Position numbers and translations under genes: made by a program. Positions 29,388 to 36,620 of a DNA stretch of 64,000 nucleotides are shown here, one piece after another. The stretch comes from an uncultured beta proteobacterium (lineage in GTDB: Bacteria; Pseudomonadota; Gammaproteobacteria; Burkholderiales; SG8-39): positions 29,770-93,769 of the forward strand of contig CAWBNB010000033.1 of the NCBI GenBank assembly GCA_963789885.1. The letters are read 5' to 3'. Numbering within the stretch: position 1 is the first letter of the stretch; each line of letters starts with the position of its first letter. The notes under the pieces are model-generated. The model had not been told where the DNA came from and searched no databases. It saw only the letters and a list, made by a program, of their open reading frames with translations.

Positions 29388-30764
29388 TCAGGCCTGGCCC
29401 CCCCACTTGGCGAAGATCGCCTTGATCTCGGTGTCGGCCCATTTCATCGCTTCTTCGGGCGACATCTTCCCGGTGGCGGCGTTGGCCATCATGTCCGGGA
29501 TGATGTAGTTGTTCGCCACCTCGTCGATCGCCGGCGTGTCGGGGCCCGGGTAGCCGTAGATGTCGTGCCACTCGTTCACCGTCTCGAGCACCTTCAGCTT
29601 GTCGCGCGGATGCGAGGTCGGGTCGTCCGAGAGGATCGGCATGGGCATGGGAATGAGCTGCTCGAATACCGGATGGTTGTAGCCGGTACTCGCCATGAAG
29701 CCGTCCTTCCAGTTGGCGGCGTAGTGGCGCAGGAACTGGTTCGCCGCGTCGATGTTGCGGGCGAACTTCCAGATGATGTAGGAGTTCGGGGAGCACGCCG
29801 CCAGTCGCCGCACCGGCCCGGCCGGCGTCTTCCACACGAAGATCTTGTCGGCCAGCTCCGGATTCGATTCCTGTGTCGACCGGTAGGCGGAAATCGGGTT
29901 GTGGATCCAGGAGGCCCGTCCGGACTGGATGTAGCGGTTGTTGGAAGCGTCGTCCCAGGACAGGACCTCGTTGGTCATCGCGTCCTTGTACAGCGCGACC
30001 ACGAACTTGATCGCCTCGAGCGTCTCCTTGGAGCTGAGCGTCACCCGGAGCCCCGACTTGTCCTGTTCGACGCCGCCGTACGACCACAGGACGCTCCGCC
30101 AGCTGCTGTTCGCGTCCTGGTGGTGGGCGAGGCCGATCCCGACCGGATGTCCCTTCGCCTTCAGCTTGGCGCCGCCGACCCGGATGTCCTCCCAGGTGTC
30201 CGGCTTCATGCCGATCTCGTCCCACAGGTCCTTGCGGTACAGGCCCGGGAAGCTGATGTAGTAGTCGGGGAAGGCGGTCCAGTGCCGCGTCTCGGTGTCG
30301 TACGCGAGGTTCCGGCCCACCGGCCCGACCTTGCCGTACTTCTTCTCGAACTCCGCCATGAGGGGCGACAGGTCGACGGTCGCCCGACGGTAGAGATGCG
30401 GACCGCCCGCGCCGTTGATGCCGAAGAGATCGTGGCCCGCCTTGGCCGAGACTTCGGCCGCCATCCGGGCCGGAATCTCGAGATGGGGGATGTGATCCAC
30501 GGTGGCCTTCACGCCGTTGGCGGCGCCCCAGTCCTTGACGAACTGGTCGAACCACTTGTCGTAGGCCGGGACGAAGTGGCTCCACTGGATGATCTTCAAC
30601 TCCTTGTCCGCGGCATGCGCGTTGCGGGCGAAGACGAGCGGCCCGACCCCCGCCGCGGACAGGGCGGCGATCCCGGCGCCTGCGCCGGCGGACTTTAGAA
30701 ATCTACGGCGGGTCGCTCGCGTGGTGCGGACGTTCCTGGTGCCGCTCGACTTCGGCTTAGCCAT
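29388..30764 (-). CDS. Extracellular solute-binding protein (family 1, sugar ABC) with Tat-type leader
   Basis: 458-aa ORF with leader TRRRFLKSAGAGAGIAALSAAG and a strong SD (AGGAGGAGGA) upstream of ATG 30764. Confidence 0.85.
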   Translation of the reverse strand: MAKPKSSGTRNVRTTRATRRRFLKSAGAGAGIAALSAAGVGPLVFARNAHAADKELKIIQWSHFVPAYDKWFDQFVKDWGAANGVKATVDHIPHLEIPARMAAEVSAKAGHDLFGINGAGGPHLYRRATVDLSPLMAEFEKKYGKVGPVGRNLAYDTETRHWTAFPDYYISFPGLYRKDLWDEIGMKPDTWEDIRVGGAKLKAKGHPVGIGLAHHQDANSSWRSVLWSYGGVEQDKSGLRVTLSSKETLEAIKFVVALYKDAMTNEVLSWDDASNNRYIQSGRASWIHNPISAYRSTQESNPELADKIFVWKTPAGPVRRLAACSPNSYIIWKFARNIDAANQFLRHYAANWKDGFMASTGYNHPVFEQLIPMPMPILSDDPTSHPRDKLKVLETVNEWHDIYGYPGPDTPAIDEVANNYIIPDMMANAATGKMSPEEAMKWADTEIKAIFAKWGGQA

Positions 30765-30993
30765 GCTGAATCCTCCTCCTAGTGGAAGCGGGATCGCCCC
30801 GCGTGCGAATCGTCATCCCGCGTGTGTGTCTCGCTGCAGCGAAAACGGCCGTCGTGTCCTGCGCTCGACCGAGTCGGGATGGACGATTTGGGTGGCAACG
30901 TTCGCGGCCCGAACTCCTTTCGCCGACAGGTGCGGGATGCTCTCGAGCGGCAGCATCATCCGTGCCACGGGCGCATGTTCTTGAATTTGCGCA

Positions 30994-31212
30994 ATAGACG
31001 GCAACGCCCGAGCGGGTGTGCGCGGCCCAGAACAACCGCTCCGCCCGCGAGATGGCCAATTTCAGCCACCCCGGCGCACGGGGAGTCCCCGGCCACGATG
31101 GGGCACGCGGCCACGAGCGGCCTTGGGGTCGTGTAAGTCGCTCGGGCGCTAAGGGCCGCGTCGAGATGCGCGCGCTCTACCCGCGGCGCGACGTCGCGGG
31201 CACGCTGCCGAA
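30994..31212 (+). pseudogene. Decayed 5' fragment of an AraC-family regulator gene (duplicate of 33931-34228)
   Basis: Segment 31154-31212 (GGCCGCGTCGAGATGCGCGCGCTCTACCCGCGGCGCGACGTCGCGGGCACGCTGCCG) aligns with 34169-34228 of the intact gene (GRVEMRTLYLRRDAAGTLP). Weaker, indel-ridden similarity extends back through the start-codon region (ATA at 30994 against ATG 33931) and about 100 nt further upstream. Confidence 0.55.
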
Positions 31213-31417
31213 CGCCGCGCAGCCGAGAAGCGGCGCGGACCACCACTTTGAATCGCCTCGCGGCGTGCGCGAACGCGAAGCAATGGAGCGCCACGTGATC
31301 GGTCCGGCGATGAGCGGGAGGCCGCTGATCCAGCCGGTCGCGGCGTGTCCTCACCGGCGTCCCGCTACGCTTGCGAGCCAGACGACGAGCGGAACGAGCG
31401 CGAGCTTGAGGAGGGCG
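31211..31417 (-). pseudogene. Decayed 5' fragment of the membrane-protein gene (duplicate of 26045-26331)
   Basis: Segment 31211-31417 aligns with 26045-26328. An example run is CTGATCCAGCCGGTCGCGGCGTGTCCTCACCGGCGTCCCGCTACGCTTGCGAGCCAGACGACGAGCGGAACGAGCGCGAGCTTGAGGAGGGCG. There is an internal deletion of roughly 75-80 nt and the start codon is lost. Upstream similarity continues to about 31455. Confidence 0.7.
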
Positions 31418-31652
31418 CGGGGCGGGGCGGCGCTTGATACGCGCTCAATATGACGCCGCACGAACACTTCGGCGGTAGGGTGATCGAGCGACGGCTTTCC
31501 GCGAGACACGCCGAGCTCATAGGCCAAACGGCCGATTCGCGCGCGGGCGCGCTCTCTAAGATGAAACTGACGTGACGTCGCTCGCGGACGTCGGTCCGGT
31601 TTTTCTCAAGTGCTGTCGCCGTTACGCCACGGTCGGCGAGCGCGGAGGCTCG

Positions 31653-32990
31653 ATGAGCACCCCCAGCCTGATGGTCACCGTCGAGCCCGCTCTCTCAGGC
31701 GCCGTGATCTACGGGCCCCTTGCGGCGGGCACGACATTCGGCGATGAGGCCGCGCAACTCTCCTTACGCCTATGGATCAAGAACAACGAGACGGCGGCGG
31801 TTGTCGTCAACACGATTGCGCTTTCGTTCGTTCCGCCACCCGTCGTTGATCCCATCGCGATCGCCGTCAACATCGGCATCGCTTCAGGGGAAACAAAGTT
31901 GTGGAACTTCGCCACCGCGGACAACGTCATCCTTCCGGACCCGCCTCCGCCCGTGTTCACGTTGGCCGCCTGGTGCAACGGCTTCAGCGATCCTACGACG
32001 CTCACCTTACCTTTGGACCCGCACGTCAATCCGGTCGCGGGTTCGGCGTATCTGTTTCCTGCCCGAATCGACGATCTCAGGGACGGCGAGTTCTGGCAGG
32101 GACGCAGTGGGGTCCACTCTCCCGCTGGCGGTGGCGTACAGCTCTTCGGATACGACATGGCTGTCGTGAGCTACGACGGGCAGAGCGACAGCTGGACTGA
32201 TCTCCTTCCAGGGGGCTCGGACAGCAAGAATGAGGATCATCGTCTGTGGGGCAAGCCGGTCTACGCGATGGCCGACGGCACGGTGGATTCGTGGGCGAAC
32301 GAGGAGCCCACCAACCCGAGCCCTCCCGCGGACCTCTCGCCTCCCGTGCCCGTCGAGGGCAACCACCTCTACATCCAGCACGGTCCGGAATTGGTGCTCT
32401 ATGCGCACTTCCAGCCCGGCAGTCTCAACGGTGACCTGATGGTGAAGGGCGCTCCGGTCAAGGCCGGAGACTTCCTCGGCAAGGCGGGCAACTCCGGCAA
32501 TTCGACCGGACCGCATCTTCATATCCACGCGACGAAAGGGACTGCGCCCTGGCAGGGCCCGCCACAGCCGATCACCTTCCGCGAGATCCACGTCGTCGAC
32601 CGCGCCGCACTGGCGCCGCCAAGCCCCGAGGGCGCTTGGGTGAAGGTCAAGGGGCGATGTCTTCCCGCGGTCACGTCGCTGATCTGGCCGACTGCGAACA
32701 TCCCGCCGCAGTGGCGCCGCGGGATGTCTTCGGACCGCGCGATCGACCCACTGGCGCTCATTTTGAGCGGCGAGGTCTACGTAAAGCTCACGCTGCCGGA
32801 TCCTGGACCGGAAGAGGTGGTGAGGGCGCAAATCCGCGCACTGCTCCGCACGGCGTCGCCTCAGGACAGGCGCCGCGCGCTCTACCGCGCACGCACGATG
32901 GGGCGGTACTTGCGGCTTGTCGAGGACGAGCTTGCGGCCCTAGGCGCAGCGCGCGAGAAGCGTGTGGATATCGAGTCACCGAGCGACTAG
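31653..32990 (+). CDS. Leaderless M23-family metallopeptidase, LasA/beta-lytic (M23A)-type catalytic core with unassigned N- and C-terminal regions
   Basis: Lies in ORF 31572-32990. I chose the start at ATG 31653 because GGAGG sits at 31644-31648. Catalytic set: H155-x12-D168 (GVHSPAGGGVQLFGYDMA), VYAMADGTV, LYAHF, GNSGNSTGPHLHIH. There is no signal peptide, and G+C is lower than in the flanks. Confidence 0.8.
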   Translation: MSTPSLMVTVEPALSGAVIYGPLAAGTTFGDEAAQLSLRLWIKNNETAAVVVNTIALSFVPPPVVDPIAIAVNIGIASGETKLWNFATADNVILPDPPPPVFTLAAWCNGFSDPTTLTLPLDPHVNPVAGSAYLFPARIDDLRDGEFWQGRSGVHSPAGGGVQLFGYDMAVVSYDGQSDSWTDLLPGGSDSKNEDHRLWGKPVYAMADGTVDSWANEEPTNPSPPADLSPPVPVEGNHLYIQHGPELVLYAHFQPGSLNGDLMVKGAPVKAGDFLGKAGNSGNSTGPHLHIHATKGTAPWQGPPQPITFREIHVVDRAALAPPSPEGAWVKVKGRCLPAVTSLIWPTANIPPQWRRGMSSDRAIDPLALILSGEVYVKLTLPDPGPEEVVRAQIRALLRTASPQDRRRALYRARTMGRYLRLVEDELAALGAAREKRVDIESPSD

Positions 32991-33002
32991 GGGCTTGGTG
33001 GT

Positions 33003-33830
33003 ATGGGGATCGAGCTCACCAGCGGCGGATCGAGTGGCGCTTCCGGCTCTCTTGGGCCGGCATCCAGCATCGCGAAGTCCCTGCACTGGGGCATTCTCGC
33101 GAACGGCCAGATCGGGGAGCTCGCGTACTCTGCCGACGCCGAAGGCCGGGTTACGGGAACGATATTTGGCGACCAGATCATCGGCTTCTGGGACGGCGGG
33201 GCCGGGAAGCTGACGTTCGCCCGGATCCCGAAATCGAAACAGCCGAACTCCTACCAGTTCTATACTGGCTACCACTTCTCCTGGTCGGGGCCGGGCGGGA
33301 CCCTGCGCGAGGGACTCGCCGGTTCATTCGATGCATTCGCGGGAAGCGGGGGTACCTACGAGCAGGTCACGTTCGGCTGGTACGGACTGCTGCACCCGTC
33401 GCCGCCCTACGATGGGTCGATCCTGTTCGAGGATATGAAGGCACCGGACACATTGGGAGGCAGCTTCATCAACGCGAACGGGTACCGTGGAGCAGGAAGC
33501 GTCGTGGCGCAGCCAGTGACGATCTCCTTGGATCCGCCAAAGTATGGCTATGTAGTCAGCGGCACGATATTCGGCGACGAGGTGAGCGGGTTCGCGGTGG
33601 GAGGACGCATGGCGTTCGTCAGGATTCCACCACCGGGCAAGGTCGCTCCCGTCGGCGGCGACGGAAGAAAGCCGGATGCCTATCAGGCGTACAGTGGATT
33701 TACCGCTGTGCTCGCGTTCGGCAATGTCGAGATTCGCGTGGTCGCTGGCTCGTTCGTGGCGTTCGCCGGAACCTTCGCGACCCCGCAACGCAGCGTCTAC
33801 GGATGGTACGGCGTTCGGGGGGCGCCATAA
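33003..33830 (+). CDS. Hypothetical protein with two internal repeats of about 110 aa (unknown family); probable partner of the M23 peptidase
   Basis: 275-aa ORF starting 12 nt after the upstream stop. The N-terminus is Gly/Ser-rich (SGGSSGASGSLGPASS) and lacks a leader. Conserved blocks are duplicated (see the repeat feature). Confidence 0.7.
   Translation: MGIELTSGGSSGASGSLGPASSIAKSLHWGILANGQIGELAYSADAEGRVTGTIFGDQIIGFWDGGAGKLTFARIPKSKQPNSYQFYTGYHFSWSGPGGTLREGLAGSFDAFAGSGGTYEQVTFGWYGLLHPSPPYDGSILFEDMKAPDTLGGSFINANGYRGAGSVVAQPVTISLDPPKYGYVVSGTIFGDEVSGFAVGGRMAFVRIPPPGKVAPVGGDGRKPDAYQAYSGFTAVLAFGNVEIRVVAGSFVAFAGTFATPQRSVYGWYGVRGAP
33075..33818 (+). repeat. Intragenic tandem duplication (2 x ~110 codons)
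   Basis: Repeat 1 reads ..GRVTGTIFGDQIIGF..GKLTFARIP..YQFYTGY..LAGSFDAFAGS..VTFGWYGL. Repeat 2 reads ..YVVSGTIFGDEVSGF..GRMAFVRIP..YQAYSGF..VAGSFVAFAGT..SVYGWYGV. Confidence 0.8.
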
Positions 33831-33930
33831 GCGTTGCAGGCTCTGGGAGCACTTGCGGATCACCTCGCAGATGCGGAAGATTGCAATCGGGGGGTGGGCG
33901 CGGCGCATTCTGCGGCGCTTCTCGCGCACA

Positions 33931-34704
33931 ATGGCTCGCAGAAGCACCAACGTCGCCGACTACATGCGCGTGCCGCGTCCGATCGCGGCGATGGCAAAGG
34001 ATTTCCCGCACGGCCACCACATCCCGGTCGACCGCCACGAGCGCGGACAGCTCGTGTACGCCGCGTCCGGGGTGATGACCGTGACGACGCCGCACGGCAC
34101 CTGGGTCGTGCCGCCGCAGCGCGCGGTCTGGGTGCCGCCGCGCACCGACCACGAGAGCCGGATGTCGGGTCGCGTGGAGATGCGCACGCTCTACCTGCGG
34201 CGCGACGCGGCGGGCACGCTTCCGCGCCAGTGCTGCGTGATGAACGTGCCGCCACTCCTGCGCGAGCTGATCCTCGCGGCGACCGAGATGCCGCTCGTGT
34301 ACGACGAGCGCGGACGCGACGCGCGCGTGATGCGGCTCATCCTCGACGAGCTGCGGCGGGCGAGCGATCTGCCGCTGCATCTGCCGCAGCCCGCCGATCG
34401 GCGCCTCGCGCGCATCTGCGATGCGATCCTGAAGGCGCCGGCCGATGCGCGGCCGCTCGAGGCGTGGGCGGACACGGTCGGCGCGAGCACGCGCACGATC
34501 GCGCGCCGCTTCCGGCAGGAGACCGGGATGAGCTTCGCCGCGTGGCGGCAGCAGGCGCGGCTGCTCGAGAGCCTGCGGCGGCTCGCCGCGGGCGAGGCGG
34601 TGACGAAGGTGGCGCTCGACTGCGGCTATGCGAGTCCGAGCGCCTTCGGCGCGATGTTCCGGCGCGCGCTCGGCGTGACGCCGAGCGCGTATTTCGCGCG
34701 CTAG
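33931..34704 (+). CDS. AraC-family transcriptional regulator (cupin-type N-domain + HTH)
   Basis: Lies in ORF 33676-34704, with the start at ATG 33931 (MARRSTNVADYMRVPRPIAAMAKDFPHGHHIPVDRHERGQLVYAASGVM...). The C-terminal AraC HTH reads TIARRFRQETGMSFAAWRQQARL...CGYASPSAFGAMFRRALGVTPSAYF. Confidence 0.85.
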   Translation: MARRSTNVADYMRVPRPIAAMAKDFPHGHHIPVDRHERGQLVYAASGVMTVTTPHGTWVVPPQRAVWVPPRTDHESRMSGRVEMRTLYLRRDAAGTLPRQCCVMNVPPLLRELILAATEMPLVYDERGRDARVMRLILDELRRASDLPLHLPQPADRRLARICDAILKAPADARPLEAWADTVGASTRTIARRFRQETGMSFAAWRQQARLLESLRRLAAGEAVTKVALDCGYASPSAFGAMFRRALGVTPSAYFAR

Positions 34705-34892
34705 CGCTGCTCGCACCGCTCCGCGGGAACGCCGCGCTTCCGCGTGCGCCGACCCCGCCGGCTTCGCAGCTCCTCGACGCCCGCCTCGCGCGCGGCGCCT
34801 TCGACATCGCGTCCCCGGGTAGCGGATTCACGGCGAGCACCGACGATGCCGAGCGCGATCATGGAAGCGGCGAGGAATTCGGGAGTCAGCAT
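34701..34892 (-). CDS. Small hypothetical protein (63 aa; N-terminal hydrophobic segment, basic tail)
   Basis: AAGGAG lies 6 nt upstream of ATG 34892. GC3 is about 80%. Sequence MLTPEFLAASMIALGIVGARRE.... Its stop overlaps the convergent araC-family stop. Confidence 0.35.
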   Translation of the reverse strand: MLTPEFLAASMIALGIVGARRESATRGRDVEGAAREAGVEELRSRRGRRTRKRGVPAERCEQR

Positions 34893-35095
34893 GGTTCGCT
34901 CCTTTGGTTGCGGTTTCCGGGAGGGTCCAGCGGAAGTCGGGGACTTGCTGCACGGATCATGCCTACGGCGCTTTACGCCCGCGTGAACCGAGGATGATGA
35001 TTGCGTAACGTCGCCGCACAGCGACAGCGCCAGAGCCGCGGCAGCGAAAGCGCCGAGGAATCAGTCGCGTCCGCCGTCGGCCTCAGCCGACAGCA

Positions 35096-36058
35096 TCAGG
35101 CGATCGAGTCGAGCGCCTGCCGGAGATGAGCGATCGAAGTGTTGCCGCCCGAGAGCACGAGCCCGACCTTGCGGCCCGCAAGCTCACCGCGCAGCCGATA
35201 GGCGCACGCGAGCGTCGCGCCGGCCGCGGACTCGGCGAGCGTGTGACAGCGCTCGATCCACCACGCGGTCGCGCGGCGGATCTCGTCTTCGCCGACGACC
35301 TGGAAGTCCGCGAGGTGCTCGCGCAGGATCGCAAGCGTGAGCTCCGCCGCGCGCCCGGTGGAGAGGCCCTCGGCGAAGGTTTCGTTCGGCCGCGTCTCGA
35401 TCCGCCCGCTCGTCCACGAGTCGTGGACGGCGGGCGCCGCAGCCGCCTGCACGGCGATGACGCGAACGCGCGGATTCAGGTGCTTCGCCGCGATGCAGGC
35501 GCCGGACGCGCCGCTGCCCAGCCCGACCGGCACGATGATCGCCTCGAGCCCGGGCTCGTCCTCGATCATCTCGACCGCGTACGTGCCGACGCCGGCGATG
35601 AGCGCCGGCTCGTTCGCGGAGTGCACGAAGCGCATGCCGTCGCGTGCGGCGATCGCCTGCGCGTTGGTGACCGCGTCGTCGAACTTCGCACCGCGCTCGG
35701 CGATCTCGGCGCCGAAGCCGCGGATCGCCGCGACCTTGCCGGGATTCGCCCCCTCCGGGACGCAGATCACCGCGCGCACGCCGAACCTGCGCGCGCTCCA
35801 GGCGATCGACTGGCCGTGATTCCCGGTGCTCGCGGTGACGACGCCGCGGCCCCGCTCGTCGCTGCCCATGCCCGCGATCAGGTTGACGCCGCCGCGCACC
35901 TTGAAGACGCCGACCGGCTGGTAGTTCTCGTGCTTGACGAACGCCGCGCAGCCGAGCAGCTCGTCGAGCGCGGGATAGCGGTGCAGCGGCGTGCGGGCGA
36001 GATGCGGCGCGATGCGCTCGCGCGCGGCGAGGATGTCGGCGTAGGTCGGCGGCTGCAT
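35096..36058 (-). CDS. PLP-dependent threonine/serine dehydratase family protein
   Basis: Forms the C-terminal 320 aa of ORF 35096-36790, with the start at ATG 36058 (MQPPTYADILAARERIAPHLARTPL...). The PLP-Lys context is HENYQPVGVFKVRGG, followed by the glycine loop VPVGLGSGASG. Confidence 0.85.
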   Translation of the reverse strand: MQPPTYADILAARERIAPHLARTPLHRYPALDELLGCAAFVKHENYQPVGVFKVRGGVNLIAGMGSDERGRGVVTASTGNHGQSIAWSARRFGVRAVICVPEGANPGKVAAIRGFGAEIAERGAKFDDAVTNAQAIAARDGMRFVHSANEPALIAGVGTYAVEMIEDEPGLEAIIVPVGLGSGASGACIAAKHLNPRVRVIAVQAAAAPAVHDSWTSGRIETRPNETFAEGLSTGRAAELTLAILREHLADFQVVGEDEIRRATAWWIERCHTLAESAAGATLACAYRLRGELAGRKVGLVLSGGNTSIAHLRQALDSIA

Positions 36059-36075
36059 GGCGGACGGCGGACGGG

Positions 36076-36459
36076 CTAGCCGCCGGCGAGCTTCGCCACG
36101 ATCTTGCGCTCGTAGTACGGGTTCCGCGCGAACGCGCGGGAACGCCGGAGCCCGAGCCGGGTGCGCAGCAGCGCGAGCTTCGTGAGCGCGTGCCGCCGCG
36201 CCACCGCGTCCCCGATCCCCGCGAGCTCGGCCTCGAGCTCCGCGATCTCCCGGCGCTCGAGCACCTCGGGCGGGACGAAGCCGGCGTTTTTCAGGATCCG
36301 GTACGCGAGCCTGACTTCCGGCGGGACGAGGGCGTCGTCCTCGAGCGCGAGCGGTCGGCCCGCGCCCGGCAGGTTGTCGAAATCGCCGCGGCGCAGCGCC
36401 TCCTGGATGCGTTCTTCCACCAGGGCGTCGGGCGAGAACACGGGCGTGTAGCGGGACAC
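36076..36459 (-). CDS. DUF1992 (DnaJC28-like) domain protein
   Basis: 127-aa ORF with the motif EERIQEALRRGDFDNLPGAGRPL...AYRILKNAGFVPPE. Confidence 0.75.
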   Translation of the reverse strand: MSRYTPVFSPDALVEERIQEALRRGDFDNLPGAGRPLALEDDALVPPEVRLAYRILKNAGFVPPEVLERREIAELEAELAGIGDAVARRHALTKLALLRTRLGLRRSRAFARNPYYERKIVAKLAGG

Positions 36460-36620
36460 GCCACGAGCTTAGCAGCCCGGCCGGCCGCCGGAAACCCGCC
36501 GCCGCACGCGGGCATGGCGGGCGGGAACTGGCGCTCCGCCGGCCTTCGGGACACAATGTGGAGGAGATCCTGGAACAAATCCCCGCTCGACCGGTCTCTT
36601 CTTGGCACGGAGGTGCGCTC

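Noticed and set aside
30840-30885. Possible extension of the AraC-upstream homology into the 3' end of the repeat-protein gene (against 33780-33845)
   Set aside because: Only a ~10-nt match (GGATGG.ACG) is present, which is indistinguishable from chance by eye.
30757-31453. Several 60-145-aa ORFs in the 888-nt gap between the ABC operon and the M23 gene
   Set aside because: They translate across the decayed AraC and membrane-gene remnants. They lack SD sequences and have shadow-type composition.
31572-31652. Upstream GTG start that would add 27 aa to the M23 peptidase
   Set aside because: It has no SD, and the added peptide (MTSLADVGPVFLKCCRRYATVGERGGS) is not leader-like. ATG 31653 has GGAGG at ideal spacing.
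31653-33830. M23 islet considered as part of a prophage, T6SS or other secretion or mobile-element cluster
   Set aside because: No phage structural genes, VgrG/Hcp/PAAR, integrase, transposase, tRNA or terminal inverted repeats occur anywhere in the window. The delivery route therefore stays open.
34893-35098. N-terminal extension of the 63-aa ORF that would give a lipoprotein-like precursor (..FLGAFAAAALALSLCG..)
   Set aside because: The extension is interrupted by an in-frame TGA and has no start codon after it. Its GC3 is clearly lower than in genuine genes here.
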